From Zootoca vivipara (taxonomy: Eukaryota): DNA of 64,000 nucleotides. The position numbers were made by a program, and so were the translations under genes. The stretch covers positions 29,326,001 through 29,390,000 of the forward strand of contig NC_083279.1 in the NCBI RefSeq assembly GCF_963506605.1, read 5' to 3'. Positions 26,512 to 39,177 of this stretch are shown here, in pieces (position 1 is the stretch's first letter; every line of letters begins with the position of its first letter). Under the pieces are notes generated by a model, which had not been told where the DNA came from, ran no database searches, and was given only the letters and a program-made list of their open reading frames with translations.

Positions 26512-29500
26512 ATCTTACCTCTACTCCTTCCCTGCTCCCTAGTAAAACCTGCCCTGCCTGTGCAAATTGCATCAGTTTAGTCACTGCTGTCAGACAAGAT
26601 GTTGAGCTAGGTGGAACACTATTCCGACTCTCATTGCAATTATTCATTCCAAGAGATGTTTACCAAATCATAAGATGTCCATTCTGTATCTTTGGTTCTC
26701 CTTTGTTTCCGTTACTGTATTTATTTTGCAGCGAAGTCTAAAGACACTGCTCAAGGCAGTGTCCTTTATAAGCCCCTGTGGAGCTGCTGGTAAGACAGAC
26801 ATAGGTTCCTGATATGCAGGAAGTGCTGAGTCAAGCTTGACTGTGCCCCTCTAGGAAGTGAAGCTCTCTTGCCGAGCCAAACTGACTTAAGGTGTGCACA
26901 TGTAGCCTTTGAAATGCACAGGGCTTCTTTCTTCACCGTGCATTTCTGTATATAGCCAATAGCAATTGTACACACCTTCACACAATGACATCATCCAAAG
27001 CAGCAGCTACTATCTGTGTTGTCTGTGTGGGAATGTTGAGCCAGAAGAACAGGAGATGTCAAAAGAGGACCAAAGAGGAAGATGGCTGTGTGGCTACCCC
27101 TTCTAGGGTCACGCCCATCTACCTAGTCACACACAGGGCGACGAGGCTCCAGAGCAGGTATGACAGGAAGTCCCCCCCCTGTCTGGAGCAACATTCCCCT
27201 GTGTGTCCACTCTAGGCAACAGGAAATGTTGTATTTGACTACTTCAGTGATTATACATCCCACAGTCTGCACACACAGGTAGGCATGCTTTCGAATAAGT
27301 ATGCAGCTGTGCTCTCTATTCGCCTCCCCTCAGTTGGTGTTTCCACAGTCTTTCAAAAGAGTGTGGTTGTAAACTTGTGTGTCAACATACTGTAAACAGA
27401 GGATCTATATTTCGGTATACAACAGCAGCTAAGTTACCGCACCACTTCCTCTTTTGCCTATTTCATTCATAGACAAGTTAAGCCTGGTTAGGGGGAGTGG
27501 AACACACCTACAACATGATTTGGTCTGCCCCAATAGGCGGCAGTGACCTGACAGTGTGTTGTTATCTGGGTACACATGTGCTTGAGAAGCTCATTCTCGG
27601 CACACAACAGATTATAACCGTTCCAGCAGAATGCCCTTTTGACTGACAAATAGCGTGTGACAGTGATGGCATGGGAGTGGCATTTTGTGTGCACAGCAAC
27701 CCGAAAAGGTGCTTGCATCCCACACTTGAATGCACATGACCATGCAGTGTGTACACACCCATAGATTGTAAGCCTGTAGGCAGGGACTGTTAAAAAAACC
27801 CCAACTTCGTAAGCTGCTCTAGGAGCCTTTTTTGACCGAAGTGTGAGTAAAAAATAAATAAATTTAAAAATACTGACTACTATGGAAACAGAAACAAAGG
27901 TGGAAGACTAATTGGTGCTCTCCCCTTGCCCCTCAGAAAAGTTGGTGGGATCTTTCCAGGGTAAGTTTAGGAGATACTTCTGATATGGTAATGCACATCT
28001 TCTTGAGCCTTTGTAATAATTAATTTTGAGGACCAACCCAATGGTTAATGCTAACTAGGGCTTCCATCTTAACCCATCTTTCAAATAAGAATTTGAACTG
28101 GGTTTGCAAACCAAGGCTATGAGGAAACCTAACTACCAACTATCTTGGTTAATAGGGATAGAGATGTAAACCTTCATTGGAATTTAGGGCTATGGATGTA
28201 GGGAGGAGTAGCAATTATTGCACAAGGGGGAAAGGGCTGGGGGAAGGTGAACTTGCAGTTCCAGAGCCCACTCTTGATAAACTTAACCCTGGTTAAGAGA
28301 TTGAGGAGTTAGTATTAACTCTGCACTGTTCTTTGTTGCAGGCCTTGAAAGCCAGGTCAGTTGCACAATTGCTGTTACTCACCTTGAGTCTTTTATAGCA
28401 GAGAATAAATCTAAGTAAACAATTCATTTCTGCAGAAGTAATACAGAAGGGAGTATTCTGTTTGTGATCTTTACTCATCAAGGAGGGGTGGACATACCTA
28501 AATGTATTGGATCTAATTTGTTTTCATAACTTAGCAACTGCTGACCTTTCACTGCATTCATTTATAACAAGCCTGTTTGTGCTCCAGCCTGGGGAACATA
28601 TTGACCATTGGCTGAATCAGAAAGCTAAATATGAAATGTACCTTTTTTTTTAAATGGGTTGAAGCAGAACCAAAGTAAGTATTCTTCCAAAGTCTTGTTT
28701 TAAACATACCCTTTTAAGATTATCAAATGCATAATCCACTGAAACTTGAAGGGGGAATAGTACGAGAACCTTTCACACGGATAATAAATTTTTGCTATAT
28801 TAAAGTATTGATAGTCAATTTAATCATGTTTCCTAAAAGTTACCCTAAGTGAGTAGGTCTTGCAGTGTTTCAGGGTGACTTAAGTAGGGCAAATTGCAGT
28901 AGATTAACCTCATGGTGAAGAAATATAGAAAAGATGACCATCATCTCATATGTAAAGAGAGGAAGACTTACCACCAGGTGGAGCTAGTGGAAAGTGTCAC
29001 TGACCATTGCATCTCAGCTTCCTGCTTCTACACCAGTTTGCACTATTAGGTTCCATGAACATCGCTGCAGACTCATGATCAAGGAGAAGAAACCATAGAA
29101 ATAGCAGTAGAGTTATCTGCAGGCAGAAGGTCCCAGATGTAATCCCTTGCCTGGTACATCCAGGTAAGGCTAGGAATGTACCCTGTCTTAAACCCTGAAG
29201 AGCCACTGTGAGTTGGTGTGGAAAATACTGAATTAGATGAGTTCATGGTCTGAAAGGAGCTTTCTAAGTGATACTGCTTACTTGTAGAGCAGCAGGAAGC
29301 TGAACCCTGTTCATGATTAAAGTTCTAGCCTTGGAGGGCGTTTATTTTAACCTTGTTGAAGTTCATCTCCGTTTGTTTGTTTGCTTGTTTGCTTGCTTGC
29401 TTGCTTGCTTCTAATACTTTACTATCAAATATACACAGTGATTGCAAGACCTTGTTTGTTCTGAAATCCTGTTGGGTAGGAAGGCAAACAGGATGGACTG

Positions 29501-30614
29501 TGAAGTGAAGCCATACTGAAGGTCCCAGGAAGGTGATGAGCTGTCATGCTGTGGGTGGTGTCCTCAGGGACTAGGGTCTCAGTCTTAGAAGATAAAAAGC
29601 ATTCTGGCAAAACATTTACCCAAGAGAACAGGGTTTAAGATGCAGTATAGTCTCAGCAAGCCAAGGTCAAACACATGGAATCAGTCTCTGTCCAAAACAT
29701 GACCCAGAGGCTAAGTCAGGTGATGCAGTAGCACAGGCAAAGTACAACACAGCAAGGAGGAGGAGCAGAGACTTGTGTTGCCACTGGCAACTGAAAGGCT
29801 GGCTCAAGAGGAGCCCCCTGGACAACACCGGAATTCCACCTGCAGATAGCAGAGGAATTCCAGGGAGTGCTCACTCATGAGTGGACACCTTACTCACAAG
29901 CTGCAAAATGACTGGATCTGTAGATGCATGCTATGTTATTGTTCTACAGCCTGGACCCAGGCCTTTTGACAACTACCGTATGTTCTCGAGGACTAAAGGA
30001 TGGCTGCACAGCACTACATCATCTGATGGCTTGAAGGGGTCTTCAGGAAGGCTCCCACCAAGGTGATCCTAAGCATTGTTTCCATGAGAACCTGCTTAGT
30101 CTTCAAGGTCCTTGATCAACAGAGCATCTGGTTCATACACCAAGGACTCAGCATCTGACACCTGGTCAGAGCTAGGCATGGCACAAACAGATGTCCGTCA
30201 TTACCCAGTGTGGTCTGCTTGCCAGGGACAAGCAGAACCATTCAAGCATGGTTCTGCAAACTACTACAAGATCTTGTGCTCCATCACTGTTGATTTCATG
30301 GTCAACAGTATCAAAGGATTAATAATTTAATATTGGGAAAGGCCTTGCGTCAATAAGGTGAAGCTGCCTATGTGGGTCTAACTTCTAGGTTAAAATCTTC
30401 AAGGTGTGACGCTGTCAGTGCCACCCAAACTAATTATCATCTTCATAGTATGATCGTTTGTAATTGTTTCCCTGACCGTCAGGATAGGAATGATGGAATC
30501 TGCAACTCAACAACATTTGGAGGACCAAAACTTTCGCACCCCACCTTAGATCTAATATCAAACAAGTCTAGATAATATTCTGATGAGAATATATATCTTT
30601 CCTTTTTCATTTAG

Positions 30615-30691
30615 TGACTGCTTTACCAGTTCCACAAGGGTCATGGATATCAAATTCCCAGAGGCTGAAGGATTTGGCGAGGAAGGTTCAG
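30615..30691 (+). CDS. CRACDL: CRACDL first conserved coding exon: (DCFTSSTRV)MDIKFPEAEGFGEEGS(G); likely start ATG 30643
   Basis: Acceptor cctttttcatttag| and donor CAG|GTAAAA (phase 1). Matches the recalled human N-terminus MISTRVMDIKLREAAEGLGEDSTG. The ATG is in good Kozak context (gtcATGg). Confidence 0.9.
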
Positions 30692-30747
30692 GTAAAAGGC
30701 CTATTTTCATGTTACATTTGAGAGAACCTCCTTTTTTATTACAGAAA

Positions 30748-31459
30748 CTAGTGTATTTCAGCCCGTTCAATAACGGGCGCTAGAATATCCTGGGGTTCGG
30801 AGAAGCGCTTGCGTAGCGCTTCTCCGAACCCTGGGACCTGTCCTTGCTGTCAGCGGCAGGGGGACAGGAACGGAGGAGGAGAAAGCGCTGCTTTCTCCTC
30901 CTCCGTTCCTGCCCCCCAGCCGCCGACAGGAAGGAGACATTCCGGGGTTCGGAGAAGCGCTACGCAAGCGCTTCTCCGAACCCCAGGATATTCTAGCGCC
31001 CGTTATTGATATTCTAGCGCTGCTTTCTCCTCCTCCGTTCCTGCCCCCCAGCCGCCGACAGGAAGGAGACATTCCAGGGTTCGGAGAAGCGCTTGCGCAG
31101 GGCTTCTCCGAACCCTGGGACCTGCCCTTGCTGTCGGCGGCAAGGGGACAGGAACGGAGGAGGAGAAAGCGCTGCTTTCTCCTCCTTCCTTCCTCTCCCC
31201 CAGCCTACCTCGCCGCTCCTCTCACGGGCCAGGGAGGGTTGTGAGGAGGAGGCCTCCGCCGGCCTCCACCCTCGCTTCCCTGACGTGCCCTGCAGTGAGG
31301 CGGTGTCCGGCCGGGAGCGGCAGTTGGAGGAGGAGGGGGGGGAGAGTGCGCGCGTGCAGTCTCTTTGTCCAATCCTTGTGTCCCTGGGGCACATGCGCAG
31401 TAACCCAGGGACACACGGGAAAACTGGACGCAGAGACACTTGCATATTATTATATAGGA
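30748..31459 (-). mobile_element. Non-autonomous Helitron with internal rearrangements
   Basis: On the - strand it starts A|TCCTATATAATAATA and ends with the hairpin GCCCGTT-ATTG-AACGGGC, a short spacer, then CTAG|T. No TSD. Confidence 0.85.
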
Positions 31460-32378
31460 TGATTTAAGTTTTTCTGTTTGGCTTTTGTTCTCTAGAGCTG
31501 TCATCTAGTTTAATCAGTGAATATTTGTTGAAAGTTTGCATGATTAATCAATTCATTGGTCAAATCTGTATGTTTGCATATTAATAAAACAAACATTCTA
31601 AATCAGGAGTGAGGAACCTCTAGCCTGCATGTGAAATTAGGTCTGGCAGGGGTCCTAAATGGAAATAGTAAAATAACCCCCTTTGGGAGCTCCCGCAAAA
31701 ACTTTTAGAATTTGCTTCAAATGGCGAAAGACCCATTTGTATCCGAAGGCGGATGGCCTGAAAACATTTTCTTGATTAAGCTTACTTTTTGTGGCGTTTA
31801 GCTTAGCGTTGCACTTCAGTATTATTGCTTGACGCTTGTTTTAACATGGAAAGTGCCACTTGGTAACATAATTACCATTCAGAATATCAGCATGCGGGTT
31901 TTCCACCTCAGCAAGCTATTTCTGTGTTTTTAAATTACTCTCGTCATTTGGAAACAAGGCCGCCCTGCTCTTCAGTGATTAGTGAAGAGAGACATGGAGT
32001 TTCCAGACTGTAATTTAATTCTGTTCCCTGCATCTACCATTTAACACTGAGTTTATACTTCACAGTCTTATTGCATTAAATGTTAATCGGATATTGGCAG
32101 CAACTAGAGAGCAGTCTTTCTTGCAAGTCTTCCCCCCCCTTTTAATATACCTTATATCCTCACAATTCGTTTACACCAGTACAGTAATAGTATTACGTTG
32201 CGATCAGTGTGGATACAAATATCTGTTCATTCAATAAAACATTGGCGGAAAAAGACAACTGGGGCTGAGGCAGTGGGGTGGGAAGAGATTGCCTTCTTGA
32301 TGACATGTGTGGATGAATAAATAATAACAGCACTGCCTAAAAATAATTGCGACTCCCTTAATACTTATCCCCTCCCAG

Positions 32379-32547
32379 GAAAGAAGAAGTCTAAGTTTAA
32401 ATCTATCAAAAAGTTCTTCGGCAAAAGAAAACGGAAAGAGACGTTATCACCTTCAGGAAGTGGTAGTCTGAAACAATGCCAGTCTGCAAGTGACGTCACA
32501 GCTTCACAGTCTATGCATATAGATTACGATTCTGAAGATGATCTTGA
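32379..32547 (+). CDS. CRACDL: CRACDL exon: KKKSKFKSIKKFFGKRKRKE...DYDSEDDL(E)
   Basis: cccctcccag| acceptor and GA|GTAAGT donor, 169 nt, phase 1 to 2. Matches recalled human KKKSKFKTFKKFFGKKKRKE..GYDSEDELE. Confidence 0.96.
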
Positions 32548-32787
32548 GTAAGTCTCTATAAACTTGTCTTTAGCTTGTTCACAAAACAACGAATTTCCTT
32601 TTGGAAAAGCCAGGTAACTTTTCATAGATTAACCCCTGCAAAGAGGCCCTTTGTTGCATGCTCAAGCATACTTCCTTTGAGAATATTGGGGAGGCTGAAA
32701 ATACATTTCAGAAGGTGGTGGGAGGCTGCAATCGCATGCCACAGGAAGTCCCTTCTGCTTATTGACTGCTTAGTTCCTCCCTGCTTC

Positions 32788-32808
32788 AGGGTTAGGGTTA
32801 GGGTTAGG
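32788..32808 (+). repeat. Short (TTAGGG)3 telomere-like repeat
   Basis: AGGGTTAGGGTTAGGGTTAGG. Confidence 0.6.
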
Positions 32809-33669
32809 ATGCTAAGTCAATGTTTGCTTTTGGCTTATGAATAATATTTTATTTCTACCCCCCCCCCAGGTGAGTGGGGAAGAGTGAAGTAGGCATAATT
32901 GGCTTATACTTAATGATTTATGGCTTACTGTAAAATAAAAGTGTCACAGTGACATAGCTGTGAACTGGAGAGGTCTCTTAATGGCTATGGGCAAATTACT
33001 ATATCTCGGTCTAACTAGGGTTCCATTGGGAACATAAAATGATGTATATTTTTGATGCCATTACTTAGAGATTTTATCAAAATCTTTACAAATAGCTATA
33101 TTATTTAAATAAGTATCTTCCCCCCCTCCCCCAAATAAAGCTTTCGTTTTCTGCCTGTAAAAATGTTAGGCTGGAACCTTTCTCCTTGGCATTTAGTTTT
33201 GTCTGTGAAAGGAATTTTTAATATGCATTCAGTCACATGGTCCTCTATGTGAAATGCCAAGTAGAGCCACCCAGACACAGGTTTATCTCCTCTATAAGAC
33301 CTAAACCTCAGAGTTCCAGTGTACAAGAGGAAGGAAGAGGGAGCTATCAGGAAAAGGTTATAAACTATTCTGTGACTAACCAGGGAAGGAATCTTGGGGA
33401 CTGTGCTGTCTAATAGTCTTAAAATGTGTTTAATGGTTTTCAAAACATATTGAAAACATTATTTTTTAACAATTGTATTGTGTTACCACTTTGGTGTTTG
33501 GTGCCCTGGGCTGCTTTGAGAGGAAGGGTAGGATTGAAAATCAGTCAAATAAATTGATAAAATTGCAATGAAGTGACTGAATATGTGGCAGCTCTGAAAA
33601 AAAAGTCAAATTTCTTGTTGGGGATCTTGTTATTATCACAATTCCCTGATATATACCTGTAATGTGGTT

Positions 33670-34460
33670 GCGCCCAGAATACCGTGTACAGTTCTGATCA
33701 CTGCATCTTAAAAAGGATATTGTAAAGCTGGAAAAGTTGCAGAAAAGATTCAAGCGGCTAGAGGGTCTATCCTACAAGAAAAGGTTATAGTGTCTGAGGG
33801 CAGGGCTTAGCTTAGAAAAGAACGGGCTAAAGTTGGGGACGTGATAAGAGGTATGTAAGATTATGCATAATCTGGAAAAAGTGCGTAGGGATAACCTCTT
33901 TAATAATAATACTACCTAGGAGTATGGAGTAGGGTTGTCAGACTCAATAGAGGACTGGACCTCTGTGCCTTTAATTGCCCTGCTCTCTTTTGAGTCTGAA
34001 AACCTTAAAGAGAAACCAGCAGACCCTTTGCTTGGAAATTAAACAAAGGGTCTGCTGGTTTCTCTTTAAGGTTTCCAGACTCAAAAGAGAGCAGGGCAAT
34101 TAAAGGCACAGAAGTCCTGTCCTCTATTGAGTCTGACAACCCTAGTCTGGAACCTAGGTTCAGGTGACAGATTCAGGACAGACAAAAAGAAGTACTGCTT
34201 TGCGCTGGCCATAGGTGACCTTCCACAAGATGTCGCAATGGTCACTAACCTGGGTGGTTTTAAAAGAGGAATTGATTATTGTTGGCTTCTAGTCACGGTG
34301 ACTGGATTATCTCTTGCATCAAAGAATACTGCCTCCAAATACTAGTTGCAGGAAGAGTGCTATTAATGACTGTATTCTGCTTGCGAGTTCCCTATACGCA
34401 TCTGGTTGGGCAGTTTGGGAACAGAAGGCCGGGCTAGATAGGCATTGGTATTAAGCCAGC
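33670..34460 (+). mobile_element. Decayed CR1 LINE 3' fragment
   Basis: GTACAGTTCTGATCACTGCATCTTAAAAAGGATATTGTAAAGCTGGAAAAG..TTCAGGACAGACAAAAAGAAGTACT, i.e. CR1 ORF2 C-terminal motifs. Confidence 0.75.
33930..34144. mobile_element. Fully palindromic hAT (Tip100-like) MITE inserted in CR1
   Basis: TAGGGTTGTCAG...CTGACAACCCTA. Arms of about 100 bp with about 3 mismatches. Degenerate TSD GTATGGAG/GTCTGGAA. Confidence 0.9.
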
Positions 34461-35901
34461 AGGGGTTTCCTTATTTGCCTATGATGAGCTACAGAAATGT
34501 CTGTTTTCAAGTAAGATCGAAGGCCCAAATCATATGACCTAATAATAATAAAGAGAAGAAGAGTGCATATGAGCGGAATCCTTTGCCTGCTCCACTGAGC
34601 TGCCAGAGCCCTTGCATATGAAATTAGAGATTATAGTATTAAGGCTGGAGGTCATGATTCCCATGCATGCTGAGCCACTAGCACTGCTGCTTAGGAATTG
34701 TGCACTGCGAATAAATACCTGCAGTCCTAATGACGATTGCGTTACACAAGGCTCCCACTAGGGGCTGCCAAACCACAACATCAAAAAGCCTTGGGTAACT
34801 CTGAATGGCTTTGTTTACTGTTGGCTTGTAGGAAACCTGTGATATCCCAAAACAGCAATATTGAAAATGCTTTCTTGTTAAATGTATAGAAAAGGCCATA
34901 ATTGTAATCATTCACAAAAATCAATACTGCATTTCCAGTTTTTAAAACCTCCGAATACTACAAAGAAGCTGCAATTAGAGTTATTAAAGTAAATTTTAAG
35001 TTCTGCCCTCGGGTAGAGAAATTTTCAGGGAAGTTGAGACTAGCAAAATGTCTTAGAGACCCCCATCATTCCTAGGACATTGCTGCATTTTGTGAAAACT
35101 GAAATTCAAAGCCAGTGTGGAAGTTTCATCTCAGGTGAGGCCCAAGGAGTTTTGCTAAGCCAAGCAAAACATTCCAGGATGCATGTCCTGGAGAATTTTC
35201 TGTGCAAATTCTTTGCATTTCGGAGAAGGCATTCTTTCTTTGATTAAGCTGCTCTCCATTGATCTCAAATACACTGAACTTGCACGGTTTTTTTTCCTTC
35301 CTTATATAGCAGATCTTCCTTTTCCACCTATTGTTTCACTGAACATATTTTTAGCCGTCATTGAGAGAAAAGTGACTGTTCCTGTATCTGTCCATCCATT
35401 TCAATAGCATCTTCATTTAATGTAGGAGCATTTAATCTAGTTCTTAATTTTGAGGAACCTTAACACAAAGTAGTTTATGTCCTCAACAAAAGGATAGATA
35501 TAAGTGCTTGGTTGTCTTTTGGGCGTTATCCTGGGCAGCATTGCATATAGACAAATTGCTGCCCAGTTCTTTTATCTTCTACCTGTGTGGAACATATACT
35601 CATTAAAGAGCAAGACCTTGCTGATGGTGTTGCGTATTTAGCAGATTAATTGCGCTGCAGAAAGCATGCTGGGGAGACCACATGTTCAGGAAACAATGAA
35701 GAAACGCAGAAATATATTTTGCTTAGCTTTAATTACAAGAACAAAAACTCCTCTTACATTAAATTACATTACGGTACATCTATAAGTATGACCCATCCAT
35801 CGACCCAGTCATCAGCGTACTGAGAGAGGTACATGCTGCTCTTTATATACTATACTCAATTGCTGACACAGCTTAATTCACAACTTAACAGAACCTGCTG
35901 T

Positions 35902-36197
35902 GGGACGCGGGTGGCGCTGTGGTCTAAACCACAGAGCCTAAGGCTTGCCGATCAGAAGGTCGGCGATTTGAATCCCCGCGACGGGGTGAGCTCCTGTTGC
36001 TTGGTCCTAGCTCCTGCCAACCTAGCAGTTCGAAAGCACGTCAGAGTGCAAGTAGATGATTAGGTACCGCTCCAGCGGGAAGGTAAACGGCGTTTCCGTG
36101 TGCTGCTCTGGTTCACCAGAAGCGGCTTAGCCATGCTGGTCACATGACCTGGAAGCTGTCTGTGGACAAATGCTGGCTCCCTTGGCCATTAAAGTGA

Positions 36198-36240
<43 letters not shown>

Positions 36241-36385
36241 TTATTTATACCCCGCCCATCTGGCCGGGTTCCCCAAGCCACTCTGGGCGGCTTCCAACAA
36301 AATATTAAAATACAGAAATACAGATGAGCGCCGCAACCCCAGAGTCGTCCGCAACTGGACTTAACGGTCAGGGGTCCCTTTACCT
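35902..36385 (+). mobile_element. Sauria SINE interrupted by an L2 tail
   Basis: Head GGGACGCGGGTGGCGCTG, tail GGTCCCTTTACCT, TSD TTAACAG(A/T)ACCTGCT. Confidence 0.9.
36200..36320 (-). mobile_element. 5'-truncated L2 3' end nested in the Sauria SINE
   Basis: (ATA)n plus TTTATACCCCGCCCATCTGGCCGGG splits the SINE motif AAAGTGAGA/AGATGAGCGCCGC. Confidence 0.8.
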
Positions 36386-37488
36386 TTAACAGTACCTGCT
36401 ATACTGCTTCACAGCTGTAAAACTAGGTCATGATATTTACTCTGTCCTTTAAAGAGATACACATCTTGTGAAACAATAATGAACCTTAATATTTAAAGAA
36501 ACCATTCAACAGCTGATGTTCTGAGTGTCCTTGCAAAAGACTTCTAAGGAAAGTTACATGTGTGCTACGCTTTTCTAATCATTCTATCAGTGCAAACATT
36601 TCAGTTTGCTGGTGGGACTGATCCTCACTCTCCTCCCCTGGCATGCTGTTCTCCTAACCCCTGCAAGCCTATTTCAGGAACATGTGGGGGGGGGAACCTC
36701 AATGTACAAGTGGAAGTCCTTGTGTAGGGCTTCTGCAGATAGGAGTCATCCCACCCCCCCAATTTCCCTGCAACAGATGTGATTGCTAAGTGGGAAGGCA
36801 TTTATGTCACGTAAAAAAAGATCACATGCAAAGCAGAGGCTATGAGGAATGAAAATCAGCAGCATAATCTCAGACGCTACAAAACTTCTGAATGGGCTTG
36901 GCTGTAAGAAGGAAGGAAGTGATGGCAATACTGAGCTAGATGGACCAATGGCCTGACTTGATATAAGGAGGTTTCCTATGTACCTAACTACTAAGGAAGG
37001 ATGGCAATGTGTGTCCTGTGTCTCAAGCACAAGAAGGCTTGACTATATGGCACCTATACAATGAACTCTAGTAGGGACATTACTTCCTGAAACAGTTGCA
37101 GGCCATAATTGGAGATTTGCACCCAGAATCCCTTGCAGTGCCACAAGTTAGACTGGATTGCAAGTCTGGGTTTTCCTGTTGTTTTACAGGCATCTGCAGT
37201 GAATGAATGCAGAGTTATTCTCCAGTATTTTTGCCGCTAAAGGTCCTAGGTCACACCTCTTGGGTTTGTCCCACTGCATTTGCATCCCTTCCCAGCTGGT
37301 TTTCGAAAGGAATTGATGTCCCTATCTGATTGTGGGATATATTTGCAGCTGGGCAGTTTTTCTTTGGCTGCTCCTCTTAGGCTGTTTGTTAACACTGCTA
37401 CTCAATTTAACATATGGAATATGCTTCATTTTTAAAGGCTATTTTATGAAGGCCAAACATTGACGCACATACATCTGTATTCTCCTAG

Positions 37489-37624
37489 GATGCATGAAGG
37501 TATTATGGGAAGCAGAGCCTTGTCGCATGAGAGCATTTTCATTTCTGAGCCTGCACAAGAACCAACTAGACCAATCCGAGTATTTTCTCAGGAAAATGTT
37601 TCCGATCGGATTAGGGCTTTGCAG
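37489..37624 (+). CDS. CRACDL: CRACDL exon: MHEGIMGSRALSHESIFISEPAQEPTRPIRVFSQENVSDRIRALQ
   Basis: ttctcctag| ... CAG|GTAATG, 136 nt, phase 2 to 0. Carries the family motifs GSRALSHdSIF and SQENV. Confidence 0.97.
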
Positions 37625-37770
37625 GTAATGTGAAATGTATACAATAATGTTGACTCTCTTCTCTCTCTCTCTTTCTCTTTCTCTACCTTCCCCCCGCCAG
37701 CAGTTCTAACTATAACTCTGGATTTGCTTCCGTATGATAGTAACATACATTTACAATAAATATTCTCAAT

Positions 37771-38021
37771 AGAATAAGAATAAGAGTTTGGATTTGATAT
37801 CCCACTTTATCACTACCCTAAGGAGTCTCAAAGTGGCTAACATTCTCCTTTCCCTTCCTCCCTCACAACAAACACTCTGTGAGGTGAGTGGGGCTGAGAG
37901 ACTTCAGAGAAGTGTGACTAGCCCAGGGTCACCCAGCAGCTGCATGTGGAGGAGCGGGGAATCAAACCCGGTTCACCAGATTATGAGTCTACCACTCTTA
38001 ACCACTACACCACACTGGCTC
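37771..38021 (-). mobile_element. Squam3-type SINE
   Basis: Reverse complement of the element at 12755-13052; TSD-like TATTCT(C/A)AAT. Confidence 0.8.
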
Positions 38022-38608
38022 TATTCTAAATCAAGGATGGGAAACAAAACCACTTCCGCGCATGCGTCGGAGGTGGGGTTGTGGGCGTCACGACCCGACC
38101 ACGCACGCAGGGGCTGAGAGCTCAGCCCCTGAGCGATTGGGGTTCCCGCCCGCATCATGAGAGGGTTGGCCAATCCTGTCGACCGGGGGGGGGCATGTCC
38201 TGCTTCCTTTAAGCAGACAAAGGGTGGGAACCCGCCCTCTTTCACCCCACTCACCAGCTGCATCTATCTGATGTGTCGTGTCTTTATTCTCATGGGGAAG
38301 GGAGGGACATTGCCTTTGGGAGTGGTTGGGGGCATCCTCTTTTCTCTCTCCCCTGCCCCATATTTCCCCGTAATAATATCCTGCACAGAGTTCACATCAT
38401 AAAAGGGGAATAGAACAATTTAACCTACATTCAAAAATCCACATTACTGTAATACTATTATCAAACAAACCTAATTATTTGGTTGTAGATTTTTGAATTT
38501 TTTTTATTCACAACTACCGTTTGCCGCTTCTTGCTTTTTATTCGAACAAACAAATAAAACATTAAGATAAAGTAAAAATTTAAAAAGTCACAAGAGTTTA
38601 TGACCTTT

Positions 38609-38611
<3 letters not shown>

Positions 38612-38667
<56 letters not shown>
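38612..38667. repeat. (AT)n microsatellite, about 28 units
   Basis: Directly visible. Confidence 0.95.
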
Positions 38668-38669
<2 letters not shown>

Positions 38670-39015
38670 GACCGAGGTGGCGCTGTGGTTAAACCACTGA
38701 GGCTAGGGCTTGCTGATCAGAAGGTCGGCGGTTCGAATCCCTGTGACGGGGTGAGCTCCCGTTGCTTGGTCCCAGCTCCTGCCAACCTAGCAGTTCGAAA
38801 GCACGTCAAAATGCAAGTAGATAAATAGGAACCGCTACAGCGGGAAGGTAAACGGCGTTTCCATGTGCTGCTCTGGTTTGCCAGAAGCGGCTTTGTCATG
38901 CTGGCCACATGACCTGGAAGCTATACGCCGGCTCCCTCGGCCAATAATGCGAGATGAGCGTGCAACCCCAGAGTCGGTCACGACTGGACCTAATGGTCAG
39001 GGGTCCCTTTACCTT
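38668..39015 (+). mobile_element. Sauria SINE, full length
   Basis: GGGACCGAGGTGGCGCTGTGG head to GGTCCCTTTACCTT tail, flanked by AT repeats. Confidence 0.92.
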
Positions 39016-39177
39016 ATATATCCCTATGTTAGTGATTTGCTATTAGAACTTCTGGCTGGCTCATTTCTTCCATACAAGCAGATGCCTGTTCATGTGGACA
39101 AAAATAAGTATTGCATGATCCAGCCATTCACTAGTGGAGAAAATACATTGAATCATGCTTGAAATTTGTCCTTGTAG

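Noticed and set aside
32788-32808. Interstitial telomere marking a chromosome fusion
   Set aside because: Only three units in one orientation inside an intact gene; more likely a repair insertion or chance.
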